Source: Phoronis australis
Taxonomy: Eukaryota > Animalia > Phoronida
NCBI GenBank assembly: GCA_002633005.1
Contig: NMRA01000299.1
Coordinates: forward strand, 124,001-188,000
Direction: 5' to 3'
Length of the DNA stretch: 64,000 nucleotides
Under the pieces are notes generated by a model. The model was not told the origin of the DNA. It saw only the letters and a list, made by a program, of their open reading frames with translations, and ran no database searches. Every line of letters starts with the position of its first letter. Within the stretch, counting starts at the first letter, position 1. Shown here one piece after another: positions 48,001 to 60,000 of this stretch. A program made the position numbers and the translations under genes.

Positions 48001-51000
48001 TGATATGGCATCTTTGAAAGCCATTGTTTTGTGGTGAAATCCTTTGCTCTTTTTAAATACGGAAAAGCATTCTGAATTACACATAATAAAACCATGGACT
48101 AAATGGATTTCATTGTTTTGTTTCAATGAAAAGATTCACCACTAATTTGATTTATTCCAGCTAGAAGACATTCACTTGACCTATTTCATGCTGCATCCAA
48201 TTTAAAACACCACAATCCTCACATCAACCTTTTGAATGAAAATTCACAAAATAAATATCCTGGAACTGGACGACAATACATGTACAAAGAACTTACCTAT
48301 CTAAGAGTCCAAAGTTTTCTTGCAGTCCACGTCTACTTTCAAAGTCCATAATTTTTCTTCTCAGATGCATGTAATCAGTCTTAAAGTCCTTGTCAACAGT
48401 GGCAACCTAATAAGTTATAAATAAACTTATGTAAATTCAAAAAAAATGTTATTTTGATGAGCAGCAAACAAATGGAGAAATTATGTGAGACCTGGTCAGT
48501 CAGTATGCAAAGCAGGCAAATGTTTGCAAGAGTTGTGCCAAAAATAGTGCTAATTGCGTGTCCACAAGTGTATGAGCAAATACATAATTTCTGATTCTAA
48601 TTACAAACTTCACTTCCAGGTAAGTCTCGAAGTTCACCCCAAGTTTTCAAAAGATGAAAATAATGCAACTGATTCTTTGTCAATAACAACCAGACATGTA
48701 CAAACAGCCAGCTCATCTGTGTCAAACTTCAGGTCTGTAGATCACACTAGCCTATTGAATTGGTAATGAGCCATTTCCACAATGACCAACAAGTTTTCCA
48801 GAAAAAGTTAAGAAAATCTTTTTAGAAGAGTAGCAAAACCCTTTGTGGTACACGTTGGTAACAGTTTCAGAGCAATGTTGTCAGAATCGTAAAGAATCTG
48901 TAGTGGTGAGCACATATGCAGGTGACTTCCATCGTATTTGAGGGGGACTTCCACCTTATCAGGACATGGCCTAACTGTGTTTGTAATAACTATCCATGCA
49001 CAACTGACATTTCAGATAGGTGGCTGCCTACAATTCACTCTACCAGTTCCTTCTCACTTACAGACCAATCAGATATCTACGCCAGTTGAGCTGGTGTACT
49101 TCGGTAGAGTTAATCACGAGCAGCTAGCCTGCTAACTACCTGTGTGTAATCTCAGACTGAAGATGTCACTAAAGTACAGGTATTAAGTTTACAATTTTTT
49201 ATTAAGCCAAGTTTCAATTTGTTGTTAACAAACCATAAGAGAGTCTGTGATACCGTAACGCACAATGGCTGTGCAATCTTAGGGACATGGGGGACAGAAA
49301 GCTGGACAGACTAATCACAGACTGGGAAATGTGTAAACAAATGCCTTGTTTTGTTAGACACTTCTCATCTTAATGACTAGAGCTTCATGTGTACGGACGT
49401 GAAATGGCATGTTATACTGAACAAAAATTTGCTGTTTGCTCAGGAATTTTTACCATCCCGAGTAGATGGCTACTGGGGATGGTATGATACAATTTAAGTG
49501 CTTGTTCAACAAATCATACTTACTGTATTCGCCCTAATAACCGCCCATGCCCCTATAAGCGCCCCCCACGCGTTTTCAGACTTTGCTGAAATAAGTGCCC
49601 AGCCCATGAATATCTACAAGGCGAAAAATGTCTTTCCTACAGCGCTAAAATTCCACAGTAACGCCTTCAATTTGTCGACAAGATCTGGCAGTCCAGAAAA
49701 AATCATTGTGCGTGGGAGTTTCTAGACCACCAGCCTTGCCGCTATATGTTTGTATTTAGCCGTGACAAGACACTTCAAACTTCCGCTGTGCTCTCAAAAG
49801 AACGCAAGTTTTGCTGATCTTGCGAGGAGCGTGTCCCACTAGAGTCTGACCTTTCAGAAAAGATGCAGCATACTTGTCAACAGGATTGAATCTTTCCAAC
49901 GTGTAGATTCCATATCTTCTCCTTCAACAGGATTCCAAATTTCTTTGTACATGTAAACACCGCGAATTGAAGACTAATAAAAAATTTGGTGTTAAAAGCA
50001 CGTGGCCAGGAAGTACGCGCTACACACCTGTCATCGCAGACATTAATCTTCGAGACCAGTCTGTTCACAATGGGTAGCATAGCATCGGCAAGAAATAAAT
50101 ATTGGCATTAATTTCTGACAGTTTCTAATACCATACAAAACTTTTGCATCATTTTTATGAGGGATTGTTTAATAAACCATAATTGGTGTTTTTAAAGCCA
50201 AATATCCGATAAAATGACCACTGAAAGTGAATGCTTACAAATCCTTACATCCTAAAAATAACTGCCAGACTGTCACGTACGCATCCAGCCACAAGGTGAC
50301 TAATGTGGGCCTTACCGAGACAATTGTCGAACGTTTTTTAGCAGATGAGACTGGCAAGTGCTGAATAAAACACATTCTGCTTTACTGTTTGTGTTAATTA
50401 AATTTCTTGAGATACAATGCACATCTAGCTCGTTAGATTGCGTTTGGCTCTGACAATTGAACTCTGGTGACACGCAAGCACTCACTTACTCACACAGGCG
50501 CGGCAGACGAACTTCAAGACAAATGTCACGTGACAACATGTGTGTTCGTCTAGATTTTTCTCATGTTGCCGGGTAGGCCTACGATCATAGATGGCACAAT
50601 CTAGCAGGGATTTGGACTTAACCTGCTGTTAATCCCGACTCCACAAGAATTTAAAAATCTTAGGGGCGCTATTTGGAAAACTTTAGGAAGATTTCAGGTA
50701 ATTTGCTTGAGTCGAAACTATTTTCATTCGTGCATACAAATTGCTATATCGACGTTTCCGAGGCAGTCAGTCGGCGAGTTTTTGCCCTGGAATTTCAGCA
50801 CAATTTTCTGTAAAATGATGATCGTAATTTAACAGCCAAGTTTGATAGCAATGCACCACAGTTTTGTAGAAAGTCTGTCATAGATTACAGATAGGTCACA
50901 GAGAGTAAATATGATGAATCTTAGCTTCCAATGTCACCCATTTCGCAGACGGGTTTCAACCGTCTTAGGTTACAATAAGCGCCCCCTGAAACGAACTTTT

Positions 51001-54000
51001 CTAAGCGCCCTGGGCGGTTATTAGAGCGAATACGGTACTACAAAATCTTGTAATGGGATCACATTTTTGAAAGGTAGAGACTCAAAAATAATTTCTGATA
51101 TGTTAATGCATTGTAAGATGTTTAAAAATCCAAAACAAGGAACAACAATTAATATGTCAGGAAGGAAAGAAAGCAACTAGACGTAGAAAGTCCCGTTTAG
51201 ACATCAACGTTTGGCCTGGCGCAACTGACACGGAGCAAATTGATGGGTGTCAAGCAGCCGTTTACACAAAACTCACTAACTGTGACAAGACGCAAGTTGT
51301 AGGCTGGAGAGTGGAACGCACATGTGCAGATTTTCAAATAGTGGGAGTTGCAGAGACAGGGAACCCGTATGTAAGTCATTGTACAAGCGCAGTAGAGATG
51401 ATCCTTTCCGCTAAATTGCCCCAGTTTTGCGTTTAGACATATAATTGACACGGAGCAAGATGATCAAGCGCAAATTGCTCTACTTCACAAGCGGGTGGCA
51501 AAAGTTGTCACTGCAGTGTGAATTTGCTCCGTGTCATACTTGCACTGGAACATCTCGATCCATGTCGGCTGATCCGTGTCAACTTTTGTAGTGTAAACGG
51601 CACTTAATAGGTGTCAAGAACATGCCTTTTAAACAAGATTCCTTATCACAACTGGATTTTATCCACATTCTTTCAGGCACAGCTTCTATTGTGAGTTAGT
51701 GATGCCTATAATTAGCTAAGTCAGACTAGAAACCACTTTCCAACGACTAGTTCACGGTTTGGGGTTTTGTTGACAAACTCTCTATTACTTGACCAATTTT
51801 GAAAATTCAAGAACATGTAGTCTTTTACTCCTCGATTCAGATTTTATGGTTCCATCAGTTTTCATGTCTCAAAAAGAAAATGGAAAAATAGAGACTGGAT
51901 GCATTGAAGCCTTCTTTTCAGATACTATCTGAAAAGAAACAGTAATTACCCTCACTATGTAACCTAATGAACAGAGTCGCACTATTGATGACAAGCTCTC
52001 TAGTGAGACTGGAATGTGGATGGAATGGTTAGGCCGAGCACGTGACATTGGAGAAAGTCAAAGATTTCTCCAAATTGATCCTAATCTCGTTTCATGGGGA
52101 TGTTTACAGTATGGAACTCTGAACTAAGGACTACATAGCAACTAAAATCCAGAATTTTCACCTTCTCCAATTGACTGTAAACTTCCCTGCCAGCAGGAAG
52201 ATAAAATATTGGTAGGTCACTGGCTGAATACTTTAGAACGGTCAACATTCTGTACATGTAGCCAGCAATAGACTTGAGAAAGTCATCAAATGTCTGTTCT
52301 GGTGCTAGCAGCAAACTCAACGAAATGGGAGTTCCACTTATATGCCAGCCCTGCAATAGGACAAAACAAGTCATATAGCTGTTACAATATGTGACATGAC
52401 CTAAAATCTTGATAAATAGGCTTATGCACGACCTTCAAAAAATTTAGGCCCAAACATTCACATTGGAAAAAACATACCTAGCCAATATTGGGCAAAGAAA
52501 AACGTCGCCCCCACAGAGCGAAAAGTAGCATAGACTTTATGAATCGTATTGGAAATTTTTGCCCTACACGGCCAAAGCTGAGACACTTGAAGTACAGTGG
52601 GGTGTGTTTGAATGTTCCAGTTTTCTTGCTGTTCTGTTTTCCGCCTATCTATGACGTCATACTACTTCCAGAGAACAGAAATGCTGGAAACTTGGACATC
52701 CCATCATCAATCGTTGACAAAGAACTGTGGAGAGCAGTCCGAAACGTATGAACTCACAACATTTTAGCCTCGGGGTAAGTTGACTCTACTTATACCATAA
52801 CTATTAAAAGCCTTTTTTCAATTAGCATAAACTTACCACAAACTCCAACAAAAATAACACAGTTGACATTTTTCTATTTCTCAAAAGCTCATTGTATTGT
52901 TAAAATGCACAAAATTTCATCATGTTGACAACAAATGTAAAAAAAAACTGTGGCAGCAAAAAGTTTTCTTCTTCTTCACTTATTGTTGGAAATTTCCATG
53001 AAATAAAACTTCACTGTTTCATCATATTGTGTTCTAACATTCTGAGCTGGGCTATTCAAAACTTGTGAGGGTAATAAAACAATTATCTTCTCAGCCAAGA
53101 GCATAAGCCCTTTGTTAGTCTGTGTTTAATAACACAGGTACATAGGGACATTGTACCACTAAAAGCAGGGTTCCCACAGAACTATTTTCACCTTGCATGT
53201 CAACTTCAAAAGGCCACTTGTGTGTGGACCACCATACTTACAACCATTGATATTTACAACTACCCATAAAATTTTAAGCCTCTAGGCAGACTAGGTGCCC
53301 ACTCCAAGGACAAAATGAATTACCATTACATACAATTTCACCAATCTAGGACACCATATGTCTGACAAATGAAATTTAATATTTTCATTGTTTCATAAAA
53401 GATAAGTGGTATCAACAAATGAATGCTATATCATTTTTAAAGATCTATACCATAGCTGCCAATAGACAATGATTCCGAGAAAATGTCGGCACTCGTAACA
53501 AGCCTTTAAAAAATGGTAAGAAAATCAGCAATTTACTATTTTCGTCTGAAATTGGCGAGATTTCACCGTAACCACACTTTTTGACCGAAAATTAAGAAGT
53601 ACACAGTTTTAAGAAAACTGCTCACTAGTACAGAAATGCTGAATGTTATATACTCCAATAAACCAGAAAACACTCAGTAAGTGCTGCTACTTAGAAAGAA
53701 AAAAAACATACGTCTTCATGTTCACAGAGCTCTCTGATACAGAAGATTCCCTTCTGGTCTTGCTCAGTTGCGTCTGCAGTCCGTGCATCCTAAAAGAAAT
53801 GCAATTGATATACTTTTCACAAGAATTTGCAACTGAAATTAGCTACAATTTTATAATAAGCGACTCATCACAACTTTCAATTTTCACTCAAGGCATTTTC
53901 AATTCACAGTTATTTTAATTTCTACTTTGCCACACCAAAATTCTTTAAACAGTTAACGAGCCACCACACAATGGAGTCTGTACGAAAGACGTCTCTAACA

Positions 54001-57000
54001 TTGAAATTGCTGCATCCACGTCATTGTTCTCCAACTGAGAATCCACCTTATGTAATAGATCGTTAGCGAAATTATACTGTAAATTATTACAAATTTCAAA
54101 GGTCTTGTTATTCCATTTAATCTGAGTATAGGGATTGAGGTCACTTGTGTCTAATTCATCACATCGAACAAGTTTGTAAAATAATGGAAGGTGATCAGAA
54201 AATTGTCATGATCTACTACCCTTGAAAAAATGTAAACGGATTATGTAGTTCACTGCTCATTACCATCAACAACTGATTTACCCTATCTGTGAAGTGAACA
54301 TTCCAGGAATGTCATCAGGGTGTCTTCCCATTATGTAGGCCAAATAATTTGCACAAACTCAAAAGAATTATCATGTGAAAAAATTGATCAGCATCCAAAT
54401 ATTCATTTTGACCTGTACCTGTACAGTTTATTTTTAAGGGATGTATTGTTGGTTACCAACACAAGCCCATTCAATTCAATGTTATGGCTCAACAAGCCTA
54501 AACAGAGAGGGCTCGGGGTGTTAAACAAAGTTATATATTTCTATCTGACACTGCCCTTTTAGCTACACCTGCACATAATACTGATATTAAGAAAGTATTC
54601 AACATTCCTCATACAAAAATTTACCATGTTCTCATCTGCAATTTTCAGTGTTTCATTTGAAGAGGTTTCTTCAAGGAAATCGAGGACAAACAGTCTTGGA
54701 TATGGCGACAACTCTGCTGATGCGGCAAATCCAGCGGCTTGGCGAAGAAAATTCCGTTGGGCCAACTCTATCAATTCCTAGAGGGAAATAGGTCACTAGA
54801 GGTCACACTTCTGTACACAAACATTATCATCTATTTTAGAGGATGAGCAATTAAAAAGAAAACGGTAGGGAAATTTTGCAAAATAACAATGTTGATAAAA
54901 CTGGCATTAAGATCAGCATTGACAGTCTAGTAATCAACAGATATACACCTTTCCAGTAGACTGCCAGGAGACCAAGTCACAACTTCTATGGTCAGATGGT
55001 GGTTAATAAAAAGGATCTGGAAACAATGCAATGGTCGAGAGAATCATGAATACACTGTCAGAATCGCTAAATTAAATCTCTACCTCCTTGCAGCCTAATT
55101 CAATGTTGAGAGGTTCCATCTTACGTGATAACTAAACATTGTGAGGACCACCATACCACACGTCTAACCTGGTGGCCGCCTTTAAATTCGGACAATTGTT
55201 TATTTTGTTGCATTGGACATGTTGAAAAGTGGTAGCATAACCATGTTTACTGAGGTAGATAATTGAGTTGTCTGATGGTATTAGGTCACCTTATGACACA
55301 AATGTAATTATTTAATTGGTCTGTTCTAGCAAATCATAATATTGAATATGAAAATGATTTATCCAGTGTAGCACAACAAACAATTAAAATATCATATTCG
55401 TAAGAGCAATGTTGGAAAAATGAAATATAAGAGCAGAAAACACTAAAACATTTTTAAATATTAGAAATATTGTCCACGAGGAACTTTTAATGGTTAAATA
55501 TTGTTTATTTACTGCGCAGTCAGTCAGTCACTTTTTCCTGAGTCCTAAATCTGGAAAGGTACTGCACACTGAATTTTGATATTCAAAAAAACTGTTGTAG
55601 CTGGGGAACTTTTTTAATCAATCGATTTGACCTAAGGATATGTTACTAGATCAATTTGGGCTAAAAGTGCAAAAAAGTGAACTGCGACTATCACTGCAGC
55701 AGACATCTTCGCCTTTAAGAGTTAAAAAATTAAGTTTTGAATTTTACGGTAAAAATTCCCGAATTTAGGACAGTCTCCCAAATTTCAGACACCTACATCC
55801 AACACAAACTGAATTTTTTGATTCTGAAATTTGAGACATAGTCGAATTTTGCATTTCTCCAATTTCGGATATATCGATTTCAGCGGCATTAGCTGTAATT
55901 CTCACATTTCGGACAGTGTGCTTTTTTGCATGATCGGGTGCTGAATATAAATCTGTAAGCTTATCAAATAATGCTGATTATTTACACATCATTTAAAACT
56001 GCCACCGGTGTAATGTATTGAATGATGTCGCAGTCTGTAGTTATCGATGTGGAGGGTTTGTGTATATCTCGCACGTTTTGTTGGTAGTTGTAATCATGGA
56101 CTCAAAATATTTGCCATCCTTGATCGCGGTTTCACTACGCAAATGAAATGTATGTTCTCCAACTTTTGTGTAATCGCCATAGTGTCCCCCATAGTACTTG
56201 AATTAACAGCTACTTAATAAGCACCAGTGATGAGACCGTTGTGTTATCAAGTTGAATCCCAAGTTCGCGGCTTCAATTTCTTTTAGCAAACCTGCGGCCC
56301 ACTTACCTTGCTCTCGATGCCCCAACCTGCACCCGAATTGGCGAAACAATCATGCTCAGTGTCAAGTTAAAACAGACTTGTTAAAAGTAAATCCATGTCT
56401 TTTGTCAAGCAGTATACATTAAAAATGTTCATGTTGTAAATATATCTTTATGTCTCCCTACTGTCGTTCTATTTAATACCCTTGGCTATTTTGTGTTCTA
56501 CACCAAATGTTTGGGCTCTCTCGCACCAAGATTAAGAATATTGAAGCCATCTTGAATAAACAGGCTGAGTGAACCTATTAATTTTTAGTCAAAGTTGCTC
56601 CATTACCACCCAGTCCCTTTCATGAGTCGTTTGACCTATGGCGTGTGATTTGTAAAATGAAACCTGGGCCCGTAAAGGAGATTGATCTAAGTCTACATAT
56701 ATTATTATGCCCATAAAAATAAATATATTTAGCAGATGGCACTGCTATTGGGCTGGAGTGAACATAGGACAGATAAAATTACAACAGCAGTACCAGGAAT
56801 GCAAGGGCCGAGATTATTGGGACGAAGCGCTTTTATATTAAAGCATAATTAGCATTGAAGAAGTTAACGCACTCATAGCCGGCTACTTGAACAGTCACTT
56901 GCGCGAGGTGTTGTTTTGCCATTAGAACTAAGCAGGCTCTACTCGTGATCTGGCCTAGAGCTATGTTTCAGAATAACAGTTCCAAACTTTTATTGATTGT

Positions 57001-60000
57001 ATAATACCTCTGTCGCATAAAGCAACAGTTCTATAACTGTCAAGTAAACGCCCGGATCCATAACCAAGCTAGGACCGCGGGGCCTTATTTACATGTATCT
57101 CGGCAGGAACATGTTTGAATGACATTAGTATGTCGTACGTGCTGCCCCAGAAACAAACCAGGGCTGCACACACTGCAGTCGTATTGTCTGTGTTTGGTTT
57201 GCGAACATTTTAACATGATGATGCTGAGCACCAATGGATATTGCGAATAACCAGTCAAGGCATGTTACACAACAAATACATATTCCTATCACAAACTTTT
57301 GTAAGTCGATTGAGTTCAGAGTCAGTACCATCGCTGTTTATGTTTTTGAGGACATTGTGTGAATTTCTTGTCTGCAATAACGATCACAAATCTGCGTGGC
57401 TGTTCAAAGGGTCTATAACCGCAAATCGAAACATTGTCAGCACCCAACCGTATAAATTCTAAGATTTCAGACACTGTCAATTTTGCTGTCTTTCTCATAT
57501 TTCTTGAATTTCGGACGGCCAATATTGCTTATTTCTAAAATTTTGAACAGGTTCAAAATAATTATTTTTTCGCTGTCCTTAATTCAGGAATTTTTACCGT
57601 ACCTTCATTTGATGCCACAGCATGAATGCAACAAAAGTAAAAAAATGGCAGTTGGAAATTCTTTTCAAAGAATACTGGGACAAATGATGAGGTATTCTCA
57701 TAGACCTTACATTTAGAGCAAATTCTTTACTGTCATCTTTTTGGACAGGTTTCTCTGACACCACCGGAAGTTTTTCCTTCACCATTGACACAAGTTCATC
57801 TAGAGCTGATTGGTCTTCTGTCATCAGGCTCACTCTAGGAAGGTCTGTGGACAGCATACCGACCTTAACATTGAAAATGGAAAGAAACTAATTAGAGAGC
57901 CAGAACAATAGAATGACGTTTACAAGCAGAACACGACGACAATCCACTTCCTCTTCTGATACGTAGTATCTGAACATAGAAATCATTTCGTGTAAATGCA
58001 GACATCCTCTGAAATAAAGGACATAGGATCTGAAAGATTTATGCAACTTAGCGTTCTGTCAAGCTTGGAAAATCAGTTTTCATGTTAAATCCACAAATTG
58101 TTGTATATTGTTAGGTGGCAAATAAAATCTTTCTTGGCATGAATTTAAAAAATTAGTATAAATATGTGAATTACTCGCAGAATACATGAAAATTCTTCCA
58201 ATTCTGCAATCTTCGATGCTTTTTCACGTTTCCTTACATTTCAAACAACCAAGATCCTTGTAGATTTTGCTAGCATACAAAATTGGTGATGATCAAATTT
58301 CTTTAAAGTTAGTTAATTGTATTACTGGTCCTATCTAACTGGCCACACTTAGCGAGGATGTGTTAATTCTAAGATTTCATCAGCTTTAAAATCAAAACAT
58401 TCAGCAACAAATGAATGCAAACACATGAATGTGCAGGAGGCAAAAATCCCCCAAACGTTTGATCATTTGCAGACAATGACCTGAATTCAACTATAGCCAG
58501 CCACACACCCACTAATTCATTAAGAATAACTCGTATCTGACTGTACCTCAGTTGTGACCCACTTCACACCTTTTCCAACAACGGCTAAAATTACAGGAAG
58601 TTTGAGAACCTTTACAGCAAATCGAAACTCCATTTGGCAATTCTTGGATTCAGCATACTGTAACAAAACAATTATAACAATTAATGAAAGTCCATCGTTC
58701 GGGTAGATGTTTGTTTCCCTACCATGACTCTGACTGTGAGGGCCTTTCAGTTGTTGTCGGCAGAGGGTGACAAAATCTTTGTGGGAACCAGCAACTACAG
58801 TCATCGATCCCCAGTAGGAGCAAGCCACCTCCGCAATGTTGGGAAATTATTTTATAGGAAGTTCCACAAGTTGTGAGATAATTTTTAGCATCTAGTTATT
58901 CACCTAGATCAGTGATAATTCCCATATCCCGAATATAAAATTTAGGTTTATCAAACAAATCCCGAGCAGTAACTATAGCAAAAGGTGTTTCACAATCATA
59001 CCTGGTCAGAAACACATGCGATGACAACCTTTGCCTTACGCAGGCCCTTGGCAATGTCCTCAAAGAGACCTCCCGTGTTTCCCACACGTTCTATGTCCAT
59101 CCAACAGGGTACGCCAGCATCTTCAATGAGCTTTTTCAAGTCTCTAGGGTCATACCAGCCCAAGCCCCCTCTGACCTCAGGAACACCCTGGCTGACGGCA
59201 TCCTTGCTATTTGACCAGCAGTAACTTATGAAGCATTCTGGGAAAACTTCCTATGAAAAACATTGAGTGCACATCCTGATATTTTAATGCTGATTAAGAG
59301 AAATACTGACCAAGTGCAACATGGTTGGTTTGTCTGTTTCTACATGTGGAGAACATGTGACCTTTAAACCAGACAGACGGTGGGGTGAAAATGACCTTTA
59401 AACCAGAATCCTTCAGCAGGATGGGTTTATCCACATTCTTTTAGGCACAGCTTCTATCATGAGTCAGTAATGCATAATTAGCTGATAAGCCACGTTAGAC
59501 ACTCAAGGCTTGGGTTTTTGCAGGCAAAAGCATTTATGAATTGACAAACTTTGAAAATTCAAGAACCCACATAGTCTAAATTTTATTGCTCTATTTGGAT
59601 TTTATGCTTTGTTGATTTCCATGTCCTCAAAAGAAAATGAAGAAAACAGCACCTTGCTGCTTTCAACCCTATTACTGGGGTTTTCTGTAGATAAGCCCAC
59701 GCGATGAAACGCCCATGAGCGTTTATTCAGAAAATTATGCCAAATACACGGCCATAGGCATTTATTTGGTGTTACAACTTATAGTGTCAAGTGTCCAGAC
59801 AGTGGGGCATTTATTTGGAAATTTTGTTCTTAAAAGTCCACTCAGTGTCAACTTTTTGTCAGAAATTCAGTTTTGTGGAGCATTTGTCATCTATAAAAAC
59901 GAACAAGGCGTTGGCAAACTATGTATTTCTTAACAAAAAAGCTTAAAGACGCAATTTTAAGGAAAAGAGAGCAAAGTCAAGCAAAACTATGGTTTTCCTT

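Noticed and set aside
55081-55096. 11-nt AG/GT-bounded micro-exon candidate for the TIR gene
   Set aside because: It would break the frame between two phase-0 exons that already join cleanly.
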